A program made the position numbers and the translations under genes. A model generated the notes under the pieces. The model saw nothing but the letters and a program-made list of their open reading frames with translations. It had not been told where the DNA came from and made no database searches. Source: a virus. From it: a stretch of 64,000 bases of DNA. This document shows, one piece after another, positions 37,583 through 47,170 of the stretch (the first letter of the stretch is position 1; each line of letters opens with the position of its first letter). The stretch is from IMG/VR virus record IMGVR_UViG_3300030117_004654, positions 27,866-91,865 of that record, one strand, 5' to 3'.

Positions 37583-37772
37583 AGAAATTATTAAGCATAT
37601 TCAAGAAGCACAATTGTTTGTTGAAAGTGAAGTGAACGAAGAGTTTGATGAAATTGTTGAAAAGTCTTACGAAACATTAGAATTCGTAGCAGGTCACATT
37701 GTTGGAATGAGAGATGCTATGGTTATGGTGCAGACAATTTTAGCAAGAAGTGTACTAGGTGAAGAAGAATGA
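37563..37772 (+). CDS. Hypothetical protein
   Basis: Coupled ORF. Confidence 0.55.
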   Translation: MMKMKFEEIIKHIQEAQLFVESEVNEEFDEIVEKSYETLEFVAGHIVGMRDAMVMVQTILARSVLGEEE

Positions 37773-38119
37773 GCCAATGGCTAAGAAAGAAGATTATATC
37801 CTTCATGGGTAATGTTTATGTGTGGTTAGATAAAGGACTTAAGCATGAAACAAGTCCTATTCTTGGTGTTAATATTCATTCTGATTTTCAGGATATGAAT
37901 AGACGAGAGTTATGCCAACATATTGCTGATAAATTTGGTTGGGAAAAGGATGCGTTTTGGAATCTTGAATCAACACAGAAGATTAGGTTGTGTTGCCAAC
38001 AGGCAAGAAATATGGAAACAGCGCATAAAGAAAGTATTAAGATGATGGTATTATTGGATGACGTTAAAGATAGGCACGACCTAAGAAATTGGGAAGAATT
38101 AAGAGGTGAGGAAGAATGA
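37769..38119 (+). CDS. Hypothetical protein
   Basis: Coupled ORF. Confidence 0.65.
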   Translation: MSQWLRKKIISFMGNVYVWLDKGLKHETSPILGVNIHSDFQDMNRRELCQHIADKFGWEKDAFWNLESTQKIRLCCQQARNMETAHKESIKMMVLLDDVKDRHDLRNWEELRGEEE

Positions 38120-38195
38120 CCGAAATAGTTTGGTGTATGTTATTTTTATGGGGAACATTTGCATGGTTAATGATAAGAGAATGGAGGGAAGATAA

Positions 38196-39725
38196 TTGAG
38201 TTGGGCAAGATTTTCTAGACTAAATCAAGCGATAGAAGATTTGTCGCCTACGGCTTCGATTGTTCAAGTTAAGAGAGCATGGGATTTATTTGATGATAAG
38301 GAAGCATTAGTTTCCTTATTGACATTAGAATACCCAATGAATAACTTAGGACAAAAGAAAGCAGTAAAGTGGGTAACAAAGTTTTATGAAGCGTTTGATG
38401 ATGAAATTGAACAGTATGCAGATATGTATGGTGATTTGGGAGAAGGTATTTATTTCTTTGATGAAGGTGGTGAAGATAGTAATTTTTCAATAACTGCTGT
38501 TTATAATCTAATTATACAGGATTGTAGTAGAATTGAAAGTAATACATTTGACAATTTTGATTCTATGTTTGAAGAAATGTCTGCTCTTGAAAAGAAGTGG
38601 TTTTTACGCTATTGGCTTAGAACACCTCGTCATGGATTTGGTGCAGGTAATGTTGTAAAGGCCTTGGCTAAAATTTATGATAAGAAACAAGCAGAAGTAA
38701 AAAAGCATTGTAATTTCAATACTTATAGTAATGTTGTATCTGCTTATGAAAGTGGCGAAACGCCTTCAATGGATTTAACTGTTGGTTCGTATGTTGCACC
38801 GATGTTGGCTAAAGCAGTTCCTAAGAATAAATGGCCAAGAGAGAAACTTGTTGAATATAAGTATGATGGTGCAAGATATCAAATTCATCGAGATAATGAC
38901 ACTGTAATCATATTCAACCGAAAAGGTGTAATTGTAACAGAACAATTCCCTGATGTTGTCACAAAGGTACGTTCATGGGAAATTTCTCCCTTTATTGTGG
39001 ATTCAGAGATTTATCCAATTAATGAAGATGGTTCACCCGCGAAATTTCAACTGATGAATGCTCGCTTCCATAGCAAGGATGCGAATGAGGCCGTGAATAA
39101 ATGCCCCGTTGCGATTGCAATTTTTGATTGTTTAATGATAAGGGGGAATGGGCTTATTGATACCCCATTAAAGGATAGAATTCAATTTATCGAAATGTTT
39201 CCTGACCAAGCCGTGAGGGTCTTGAACCCCGACAACTCGATTCCATTTTATTCAGAAGCGATTTCTAAAGGGTTTGAAGGTATAATGATTAAAGACCTTA
39301 ATGCTTGTTATGAATCAGGAAAACGTTCAGTTAAGTGGGCAAAATACAAACCGCCCACAATAGAATTAGACGTAGTTATTACAGGTGCTAGATATGGAGA
39401 TGGAAAAAGGGCTAATGTAATGGCTTCATATGATATGGCGGTTTCAGATTCAGAAGGTGGATTTATTTCTATTGGGGCCGTTGGAACAGGTTTTTCTGAT
39501 TCTGACTTTTTAAGTTTAACTAGACAACTTAAACCAATTGTAACTCATTTGGATGGTGATACTCATAAGGTTACACCAAGGATTGTTTTACAAGTAAAGG
39601 CTGATTTAGTCACTTCTAATGAAAAGGGGGAATATGGATTAAGGTTTCCTCGTAAAACTAGAATTAGAAACGATAAGCCCGTTAGTGATATTAACACAAT
39701 TGATGATATGAAGGGGATGATGTAA
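38196..39725 (+). CDS. lig: ATP-dependent DNA ligase
   Basis: PMLA, EYKYDGARYQIH, FDCL, EGIMIK, WAKYK, VGTGFSD, LRFPR..IRNDK. Confidence 0.96.
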   Translation: MSWARFSRLNQAIEDLSPTASIVQVKRAWDLFDDKEALVSLLTLEYPMNNLGQKKAVKWVTKFYEAFDDEIEQYADMYGDLGEGIYFFDEGGEDSNFSITAVYNLIIQDCSRIESNTFDNFDSMFEEMSALEKKWFLRYWLRTPRHGFGAGNVVKALAKIYDKKQAEVKKHCNFNTYSNVVSAYESGETPSMDLTVGSYVAPMLAKAVPKNKWPREKLVEYKYDGARYQIHRDNDTVIIFNRKGVIVTEQFPDVVTKVRSWEISPFIVDSEIYPINEDGSPAKFQLMNARFHSKDANEAVNKCPVAIAIFDCLMIRGNGLIDTPLKDRIQFIEMFPDQAVRVLNPDNSIPFYSEAISKGFEGIMIKDLNACYESGKRSVKWAKYKPPTIELDVVITGARYGDGKRANVMASYDMAVSDSEGGFISIGAVGTGFSDSDFLSLTRQLKPIVTHLDGDTHKVTPRIVLQVKADLVTSNEKGEYGLRFPRKTRIRNDKPVSDINTIDDMKGMM

Positions 39726-40135
39726 TGCCTGTTGGTTCAAGTAAAGGATTTACAGTGTGGACTAAAACCAATCAGATTTGGCAATATCATTTATTACAAT
39801 TTATCATAGAAAGAGAATTTGTAACGGCTGAAGAAATATACTTAGAATCAATTAAAAAGAATCCAGATTCTAATTCAAGAACACCAAGAGGAACTTGGGG
39901 ACAATTACAACCTAATAAACATCAAATATGGAATTTTCTAAAACATAAATGTACATGGATAGTAGAAAGTGATAAAAAGTTATATCCTGAATGCGTAGGA
40001 AGTAGACCTACAAAAAGTAAAACTATATTGTGGGAATTGGCTGAAGATTGGCCTATAAAATTTGGACAATATGCTCAAGATAAAATGATAAGAGCGGATA
40101 AATTAAAAGAACATGGAACGGTGAAATATACATGA
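39725..40135 (+). CDS. Putative winged-helix protein (family W)
   Basis: VTAEEIY...PNKHQIWNFLK...ILWEL. Confidence 0.5.
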   Translation: MPVGSSKGFTVWTKTNQIWQYHLLQFIIEREFVTAEEIYLESIKKNPDSNSRTPRGTWGQLQPNKHQIWNFLKHKCTWIVESDKKLYPECVGSRPTKSKTILWELAEDWPIKFGQYAQDKMIRADKLKEHGTVKYT

Positions 40136-40629
40136 AGAGTCAAAAAGTTGGAGATATTGTACCTATTGGTGCAGATATTTATATGATTGAAAAAATTGAA
40201 AATGGTTGGGTATATATGAGGCAACCAAATGCTAGAGGAAAGTCCAAAAAAATGTATTGGAGAGAAGTACCTTATTTTAATGAAGGTAAATTGGTTATTC
40301 CAACAATGGAAAAGTTACCAAAATTTAATTCTAAAATACATTTGGGTTCATTCTTTAAGAAAAACTCTGGTGATGATTTTCAAATTTCTAAGGAATATGT
40401 TGCATTTGCATATGAAATGATTGATGATTTACTTCATCGAATTTTAGATGATTCAATTGCTAATGCTGTTGCTAATGGAGATAGAAGATTAATGCCTGCT
40501 CATTTTAGACCTATTGATTTTTATAATAGATATACATATTATGAAGAGGACCAAAACGATTATGCTAGAAAGGAATCAGTTTGGCTTCAAGTTGATGAAA
40601 TTAGACGAGAGGCTGAAAGAGATGAATGA
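40132..40629 (+). CDS. Protein with N-terminal beta domain and C-terminal histone-fold-like domain
   Basis: FQISKEYVAFAYEMIDDLLHRILDDSIANAVANGDRRLMPAHF matches the histone L1-alpha2-L2 pattern. Confidence 0.6.
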   Translation: MKSQKVGDIVPIGADIYMIEKIENGWVYMRQPNARGKSKKMYWREVPYFNEGKLVIPTMEKLPKFNSKIHLGSFFKKNSGDDFQISKEYVAFAYEMIDDLLHRILDDSIANAVANGDRRLMPAHFRPIDFYNRYTYYEEDQNDYARKESVWLQVDEIRREAERDE

Positions 40630-41005
40630 GGAAGAATTTGATGATTTTACTGTAAAGGCATGGTTAGATGAATATGGTACTGTTACAGGTTACACTTGGA
40701 TGGTTTATGGCCCAATGACAATTAAAGATGATGCTATAATTAACAAAGGACTAACTCTTTCATTGATGGAAGAAGGTTATGGCGAATTAAGGTATATTCA
40801 AATAATTGAAGAAGTTGATGCTGAAAAAGCAGAACTATATATGGTAAGTCGTGGATGGAATATCCAATGGATTTTTCCCGGAATTGTAGACCAAAAGGCT
40901 GGGATTATTATTACCAAAACTGTTGAGGAAGGTTTAGATTTTTTGAAATTATCTTATCAATTTTTAGGAACAATGGGTGGAAATGGAAGTGTGCGTTATG
41001 TTTAA
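40622..41005 (+). CDS. Hypothetical protein
   Basis: Likely start MNEEEF overlapping the previous stop. Confidence 0.6.
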   Translation: MNEEEFDDFTVKAWLDEYGTVTGYTWMVYGPMTIKDDAIINKGLTLSLMEEGYGELRYIQIIEEVDAEKAELYMVSRGWNIQWIFPGIVDQKAGIIITKTVEEGLDFLKLSYQFLGTMGGNGSVRYV

Positions 41006-41399
41006 TGAAGATATGATAAAAGGTATTCTTTGTTCTATTGGTAGACCTGAATTAACTATTTATCGTAATGACAAAAAACATATTGGCTATGAAATTAGGA
41101 TTAGAGTTAGTGTGAGGGCGGATAATGAAGAATTTTTAGTTAATGTCAAAGACGCACTTCAAAATTTGAACATTAACTGTAAACTAAAACCTTCTGAAAG
41201 TAAAGTGCGCCCTAAACCAATTCTTTGGATTTCTGGAATAGTTAATGTTGTAAGGGTTTGTGAATTAATTTCTACAATGACTACATCTAAAAATGGTTGG
41301 TCTAACTTCAAAGAAGCGGCTAATATAATTTACAGAGGGGAACACCAAAACCAAGAAGGGTTTGATGAAATTCTAAAATTAAAAGGTGAAATACAATGA
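40998..41399 (+). CDS. Degenerate single-domain LAGLIDADG-like protein
   Basis: IKGILCSIG helix, GYEIRIRVSV strands, C-terminal EHQNQEGFDEILKLK. Confidence 0.65.
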   Translation: MFNEDMIKGILCSIGRPELTIYRNDKKHIGYEIRIRVSVRADNEEFLVNVKDALQNLNINCKLKPSESKVRPKPILWISGIVNVVRVCELISTMTTSKNGWSNFKEAANIIYRGEHQNQEGFDEILKLKGEIQ

Positions 41400-42238
41400 G
41401 TATGTTGGGATTAAAAACAACACAACCAATTTTATTAGTTGGTAAACCTATGACAGGAAAAACAACGGGCGCAATTAGTAAATTAGGTGACCCAATTATA
41501 ATGTATGCAAATGATATACCTAATGATATTTACTCATTACCTCCTGATAAAGGGTTGTTAATTGAAGAAGTGCATTATAAGGCAGATGTTACCGCCATAT
41601 TAGAATTACTTAGAACATATAAAGGAGAAATAATTCTTACATCTAACAATCAAAAAGATGTTCCCACTAAGATTAAAAATAAATGTAAAATGTCTAGAGC
41701 CACTAGAAAGTGGGGTGCTGAATATATTTCTAATATTGCACCGAATAGTGAAAGCCCTGATAATTTAGAAAGGTCTATGTATGATATAATGCGTCAATAC
41801 CTTCAAGATAAAGATAGGGATGCAATAGCGAAACTACTTAAGCACAATAAACCTGCTGACAATTATTTAATGTTATGGTTGTCTTATAATGTTAATCCAA
41901 ATTCAATTGTATTTTTAGACGGACACGTTAAGCGTCGATGGTCGAACAACTATTTTTATGAATTAGCGGCTTATTCTATTAATGGCACGAATCATTCTAG
42001 ATTAAACCCTCCTTCAAAAGGAAGTTATAGTAACTTGGTTAAAATTTGTAGGGGGTTAGGTCTTAAGGGAAGAGAAAGTCATTTATTATTTGATTTATTA
42101 AATGATGATGGTTTTTTGAAAAAGGCCAAAACTAAAATTAGTAATGCTGATTGGCGTAAATTAGGTTTAGGTGAAAAGAAAATGAGAAAAAATAAAAAAT
42201 ATTTTGTTGAGTCTTCCTCAACATTGGAGGAATGGTAA
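41396..42238 (+). CDS. Clamp-loader (RFC) large-subunit-like ATPase
   Basis: Walker A VGKPMTGKT, LLIEEVH, IILTSN; adjacent to RFC small subunit. Confidence 0.65.
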   Translation: MSMLGLKTTQPILLVGKPMTGKTTGAISKLGDPIIMYANDIPNDIYSLPPDKGLLIEEVHYKADVTAILELLRTYKGEIILTSNNQKDVPTKIKNKCKMSRATRKWGAEYISNIAPNSESPDNLERSMYDIMRQYLQDKDRDAIAKLLKHNKPADNYLMLWLSYNVNPNSIVFLDGHVKRRWSNNYFYELAAYSINGTNHSRLNPPSKGSYSNLVKICRGLGLKGRESHLLFDLLNDDGFLKKAKTKISNADWRKLGLGEKKMRKNKKYFVESSSTLEEW

Positions 42239-42552
42239 TGCCAAAGGGTTCTATTGAAGGAAGAATTCCTCTTCATGTTGGTATGGTGAAAGCCCCAAGA
42301 ATTTTAGGCATGATAATAATGGCCTTAGAAGAAGGGCCGGGAACCGCAGAAGATATAATTAGTAGATTAAGAAATAAATATAGATATTACCCTGATAAGA
42401 AAAAAATAGCGGCTATGTGTTCTAAATATAAAACTATATTTAAGGCACTTGATGATGCTAAAATTAATAATAATGGTAATAGATACAAAGTAAAAAGATG
42501 GGCCTTGAGAGATGATAGATATGCTATGGACAGAGAAATACAGACCGAGTAA
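42232..42552 (+). CDS. Putative winged-helix protein (family W)
   Basis: GTAEDIISRL...YPDKKKIAAMC...KRWAL. Confidence 0.5.
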   Translation: MVMPKGSIEGRIPLHVGMVKAPRILGMIIMALEEGPGTAEDIISRLRNKYRYYPDKKKIAAMCSKYKTIFKALDDAKINNNGNRYKVKRWALRDDRYAMDREIQTE

Positions 42553-43426
42553 GTTAAATGAAATAATTGGACAAACTTCTTTTTGTGAAGATGCCCAAAA
42601 TTGGGTTATTAACAAAGAGATGCCTAATGTATTATTTCATGGACCGGCAGGTACAGGAAAAACTAGTGCGGGTATAGCATTAGCAAAAGATATGTTAGGT
42701 GAAGACTTCGATTTTAATTTTATCGAACTGAATGCTAGTGACGATAGAAAATTAGAGACAGTGCGAACAAAAATTAAAGAGTTTGCTTCAACAGGAAAAA
42801 TGGGAGATTGCCCATTTAAAATATGTTTATTAGATGAAATTGAAGGAATGACTATTGATGCACAAAATGCTCTTAAGCGCATTATGGAAAAGTATGCAGT
42901 AAACATTCGTTTTGTTGTTACGTGTAATGATAGAAATAAAATTATCTTACCCTTGCAATCAAGGTGTGCAAACTACTTTTTTAGATTAGTCAGTGATGAC
43001 TTAATTTATATGACATTAAGTAGAATACTGAAAAATGAAGGGTTACAGGAACCTGATAATCTAGAACAATTTATTAGAAGTTTTAATGGAGATTTAAGAA
43101 GATGTATAAGCGAATTACAGGCCGCTGTTTCTAGTGGTAAAAACTTAAAACTTCAAGTAGAAAGTTCTTTAGAAAGATGGACAGGGATAATTAATGCTAT
43201 TATAGCAAATGAACAAAACGTTGTTAATGATAGTTTACACGCTATGTTATATACAGGCGTGACAGTTAAGGATATTTGTAATGGATTGCATGATGCGATA
43301 TTACATGGAAGTTATGATAGAGGAACAAAGTATAAGTTATTGAGAGTTATAGGGGAAACTGAATATAGAAGTGTGAGCATGACACCGCGAGTAGTAATTT
43401 CGTGGATGGTTGCTCAAACATTGTAA
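42512..43426 (+). CDS. rfcS: Replication factor C small subunit
   Basis: WTEKYRP, GPAGTGKT, ELNASDDR, LDEIE, AQNALKRIME, LQSRC, GDLRR. Confidence 0.95.
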   Translation: MIDMLWTEKYRPSKLNEIIGQTSFCEDAQNWVINKEMPNVLFHGPAGTGKTSAGIALAKDMLGEDFDFNFIELNASDDRKLETVRTKIKEFASTGKMGDCPFKICLLDEIEGMTIDAQNALKRIMEKYAVNIRFVVTCNDRNKIILPLQSRCANYFFRLVSDDLIYMTLSRILKNEGLQEPDNLEQFIRSFNGDLRRCISELQAAVSSGKNLKLQVESSLERWTGIINAIIANEQNVVNDSLHAMLYTGVTVKDICNGLHDAILHGSYDRGTKYKLLRVIGETEYRSVSMTPRVVISWMVAQTL

Positions 43427-43443
43427 AAAGGAAGTGAAGAAAA

Positions 43444-44691
43444 ATGAATGAAAAAGTGACAAATGAATTGAACAAAGCCGCAGAACTTTTGGGTATGACC
43501 CAAGATGATGTAAATGCTAAGTGGAATAAGATTGTTGAGGATAACACTCTCAATCTTCAAGTTGAAGCCGAAGTTAATTTGGGTTTGACTTTATTCCGCC
43601 AATGGTTTACAGGAATGCGCCGCGTTCAACAATCAGGAGAAGAAGTAAAAACAAATTCTGGCGATTCTCTCGTTAAGAATGGTTTTGGTGTTGTAGTAGC
43701 AGTAGAAGAAGTTAGAGATTTTGAAGAATACTCAAGAAATCAACTTGTTGCTGAATTTATGCGTGACCGAAATGCCACGTATAATGCAGGAAAGTTTGCT
43801 TATGCAAATAAGTTAGAAAATGGTAACTACAAAATCAGCCAGATTTTTGAGAATGAATTGAAGGAACGAACAGAAAACAGTCAAGGACAACCTTATACTG
43901 AATTGCCTCCATCTACTATGGAAATTGATGGACAAACTGTTATTCCTCTTGATGAAAGAAAGGTATTGCCTTGGGGTGATGCAAATAAGGGATATGGTCA
44001 ACCTAAACCCGCCCATAATTATCGAAGAACTGTACATTTTATTGGTGAAGTGAATGATGGCGGAATTAAATATTGGCGCATTATGGCTAAGGATGATGTT
44101 GCAAATAATTGGGACATTAAGCCCCAAGAGTTTGTAAATCTAAATTTGATTTGGGATGCAGAAAAGGGAGAAGCATATCCTGTAAAGGACAGTCTTGAAA
44201 CTGCTACTTACAATAAAGATATGCCAAATCCAGTTGACACAAGTAGTGTAAATCTATCAGACTTAGTTGTTGAAAACTTAAAGGACAAGGTATCACCGTT
44301 GATTAACCTCGAACAATACCACAATTCTATTCAACAATTGCCCCAAAAGGCTAGAATTGTTGTTACTGATGGTAATGTAACAAACATGAACATGAACCCG
44401 TCTGAAAAAACAGGTAACAGAACCTTGAGAATTTCAGACATTAATGCTGATTTCAGTTATGAAAGTGATGGTGAGGTTTCAACCGCGTGTTGGGTTCCGC
44501 CACATATTGATATTGATTTCGGAATTACAAGTCATGTACTGGTTATTGGAAAAACTAGTCAAAGCAGAAATTCTGAGACAGGAGAATTAAGACCTGTGAG
44601 TATTAATGTTTCAGGATTAGTTGTTCTTGATAAGCGTGGAAATCCAACCACGGTGCAAGATTCTGGAGAAACTTACACAGGCTGGTTCTGA
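43444..44691 (+). CDS. Putative OB-fold ssDNA-binding (RPA-like) protein
   Basis: Position in the replisome block; beta-rich C-terminal region (VLVIGKTSQ...SINVSGL); aromatic C-terminal tail. Confidence 0.5.
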   Translation: MNEKVTNELNKAAELLGMTQDDVNAKWNKIVEDNTLNLQVEAEVNLGLTLFRQWFTGMRRVQQSGEEVKTNSGDSLVKNGFGVVVAVEEVRDFEEYSRNQLVAEFMRDRNATYNAGKFAYANKLENGNYKISQIFENELKERTENSQGQPYTELPPSTMEIDGQTVIPLDERKVLPWGDANKGYGQPKPAHNYRRTVHFIGEVNDGGIKYWRIMAKDDVANNWDIKPQEFVNLNLIWDAEKGEAYPVKDSLETATYNKDMPNPVDTSSVNLSDLVVENLKDKVSPLINLEQYHNSIQQLPQKARIVVTDGNVTNMNMNPSEKTGNRTLRISDINADFSYESDGEVSTACWVPPHIDIDFGITSHVLVIGKTSQSRNSETGELRPVSINVSGLVVLDKRGNPTTVQDSGETYTGWF

Positions 44692-44805
44692 TTGTAATTT
44701 CTTTTACGGTTTGTCGAATAATAAGGGGAAAATCGCATTTCAAGTCTCACTCGAAATAGTGGTATTCGTACGCCATGAACCCCTTTCCGTAATTGAGGTG
44801 ATATT

Positions 44806-45015
44806 ATGAATCATTATAGATTAAATAGATTGACGATTGATTTAGATGAAGTGGAATCTATTGAATGGTCAAACGTGTCTAATGAAACATTAGATGAAAA
44901 TCCTGATTTATATCAGGTAGTCCTACATATGAAGAGTGGAAAGAAATTTACACGAAGAGTATATAGGAAACAATTTGAAGAATTGATTGAAGAATTTGAA
45001 GGTGAAGAAGAATGA
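44806..45015 (+). CDS. Hypothetical protein
   Basis: GAGGTGA RBS; coupled ORF. Confidence 0.65.
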   Translation: MNHYRLNRLTIDLDEVESIEWSNVSNETLDENPDLYQVVLHMKSGKKFTRRVYRKQFEELIEEFEGEEE

Positions 45016-45863
45016 GTTGGAGTAATGTAAAAACAGGTGAAGCAGTTTCTAAAGAAAGTTCATTAGAGATTGCAAAAGCATTAGTAAGAACAAAGATACA
45101 AAGAATGCAAGAGCGTGATAGAGCGCATCTTTGCACATTGTTATATGGAGAAGCAAAATGTGGCAAAAGTGGTTTAGCACTAGATAGTAGAACCCCCGAA
45201 CAAATTGAAAATAATTGTTTAGTTATGGTTTTGGATTTTGATAATGGTTGTGAACCTACATGGAGGCAGAATTGGGATTCAGACCCAAACATTATGATTC
45301 TAAATCCGGTTGTGCGAGATGAAGAAGGCTATCCAAATTTAGATGAAACTACACTATTAGCAGAAGCGTTTATTTCTTTGGCTAATGATTATGTAGAAGA
45401 AGGTAAAGAAATTAAATTTGTTTTTGATGGTGTAGATAGATGGGAACAATTGTGTTTTTTAACAATGTCTGAAGATAAGAGGTCCACACAAGTAAAATTT
45501 ATGCCTATGTTGTGGGGAAAAAGAAATAGACATTTTGATGGCTTAATTGAAAAAATTACTGATGGGCTAGATTGTGATAGATTCTTTATTACACATATGA
45601 AAGATGTTTATGAAGGAATTAACAACCCAAACCCAACAGGAAAAATTCCTGCTCTTGACAGCAGGGGGGCGACGATTGCTAAAATGAATCAAGTAATTGA
45701 AGTTTCTAGACTTGATATTGGAAACAAATCAACATATAGTGCAAAGGTCCATGATAGTAAAACAAATACTAAGTTAATTAACACAACTTATAATTTCCTT
45801 ACTGTTGAGGATAAAAATGTAGAATGGACTTCAATCGAAGACCTACAAAAAGGTGAACTTTGA
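45012..45863 (+). CDS. RecA-superfamily (Sak4/AAA_24-like) ATPase, putative recombinase
   Basis: YGEAKCGKS, VLDFDNG, FVFDGVD, FITH. Confidence 0.75.
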   Translation: MSWSNVKTGEAVSKESSLEIAKALVRTKIQRMQERDRAHLCTLLYGEAKCGKSGLALDSRTPEQIENNCLVMVLDFDNGCEPTWRQNWDSDPNIMILNPVVRDEEGYPNLDETTLLAEAFISLANDYVEEGKEIKFVFDGVDRWEQLCFLTMSEDKRSTQVKFMPMLWGKRNRHFDGLIEKITDGLDCDRFFITHMKDVYEGINNPNPTGKIPALDSRGATIAKMNQVIEVSRLDIGNKSTYSAKVHDSKTNTKLINTTYNFLTVEDKNVEWTSIEDLQKGEL

Positions 45864-45872
45864 GGTGAGAAA

Positions 45873-46643
45873 ATGGAATTTTCATATGATAGTAAACTTC
45901 TAAATAATATTTTGGATATAGTTTCCATGAAAGGTAAGTGGCTTGGTTCAACAGGTTTAACTAATGATTCATTAGGTGAATATGTAAAGGTAATCAAAAC
46001 TAATGAGGGTTTTAGAACAGGCTTATATTTTTTGAATGCAAATGCTTCAACCTATGTTAGTTACTATATTCCTGAAGTTGTAGAAAAAGAAGAAGAATAT
46101 GTAATAGAAATTGCAAAATTCCAGAAGTATCTTAAATCAATGGATAATGACGTAACGGTGACAATTGCGGAAGGGGGATGCCAAATAACAAATGAAAACA
46201 AGGCCGCATCATTTCCTTCTGCAATTGTCCACCCAAATGAATCTGCGATAAATATGTTTTTCAAATCAAAAGACACCGCTTTTTTTGGTGGGGAAGCAGA
46301 ACCCTTAACTTGGGGAAAAACTGTTCTAGAATCTTCAGTTGTATTATTAGCCGAAGAATTTATTGATGCTATGAAAGCACTAGAAAATGTTGGTCACGGA
46401 ATATACAGTATGTCCATTAGAGAAAATTCATTAAATTTTACTACAAATAAAGATAATAGAGAAGGATTTTCAACATCTTATGTCGCTCAAACTATTGGTG
46501 ATGCGGTTGTAGATTTTACAGGTCCACTCTATAAAAGTTTACCAAAAACTGAATCATTGAGTATTAACTTTAATGACGATAGTGTAATTGTAATTTGTAC
46601 ACCAAATGTAACAATTGGTCGTGCGCCTTATGTGGTGGTCTAA
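45873..46643 (+). CDS. PCNA-like sliding clamp
   Basis: 256 aa with two-domain alternating beta/alpha pattern ending IGRAPY; in the RFC/PolB cluster. Confidence 0.65.
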   Translation: MEFSYDSKLLNNILDIVSMKGKWLGSTGLTNDSLGEYVKVIKTNEGFRTGLYFLNANASTYVSYYIPEVVEKEEEYVIEIAKFQKYLKSMDNDVTVTIAEGGCQITNENKAASFPSAIVHPNESAINMFFKSKDTAFFGGEAEPLTWGKTVLESSVVLLAEEFIDAMKALENVGHGIYSMSIRENSLNFTTNKDNREGFSTSYVAQTIGDAVVDFTGPLYKSLPKTESLSINFNDDSVIVICTPNVTIGRAPYVVV

Positions 46644-46919
46644 ATGAAAGAAGAGAAAGAAGATAACAGAAAACCTTGGCAAATTAGATATAATGAAATT
46701 GTTAGAAGTAGATTAACTGAAGCAAAGAAGAATCGAAGAGGTGCTATACGTAAAACTAAAGCAGGACACTTGACCGGAAATACTAAGCAAGAAAATGTTT
46801 CTACTAGGAAAAAAAATTGTATTATGTGTGGTATAAGAAAACACGTAAGAGATATGCATATAACTGAAACAGTATTACATTACTGCCAAAAATGTGCTAA
46901 ATCAAGAGGATTGATATAA
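46644..46919 (+). CDS. Basic Zn-finger protein
   Basis: CIMCG...CQKC. Confidence 0.6.
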   Translation: MKEEKEDNRKPWQIRYNEIVRSRLTEAKKNRRGAIRKTKAGHLTGNTKQENVSTRKKNCIMCGIRKHVRDMHITETVLHYCQKCAKSRGLI

Positions 46920-47164
46920 TGCCAAAAGAACTGAGTGACCATCAAGATAGTGAACATTTTACTTACGATAGGTCTTGGGGCGAAATTGAACAAATGTTAG
47001 ACAAGGCAGAAAAGAAACTCAATTTCCACAAAACAGAATCTTATGGTTCTCTTAAGCGTCAAGATAAGATATACCACATTAGAAATTATAAGGCACTACA
47101 AGGTGTCGTAAAAACTCTCCGTTGGGTTCTAGGAGATATAAAAATAAATGACCCATTGGAGTGA
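46919..47164 (+). CDS. Hypothetical protein
   Basis: Coupled ORF. Confidence 0.65.
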   Translation: MPKELSDHQDSEHFTYDRSWGEIEQMLDKAEKKLNFHKTESYGSLKRQDKIYHIRNYKALQGVVKTLRWVLGDIKINDPLE

Positions 47165-47170
47165 GTTATT

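Noticed and set aside
22393-45015. Many proteins end in (G)EEE, which looks like a C-terminal degron or tag
   Set aside because: Explained at DNA level: the purine-rich RBS of the next gene (GGTGAAGAAGAATGA / GGAGGAAGAATGA) overlaps the stop via ATGA coupling
38196-45863. Ligase (MSWARF) and ATPase (MSWSNVK) starting with MSW as tag members
   Set aside because: They lack the I-L-K part of the motif and are non-structural enzymes; probably chance
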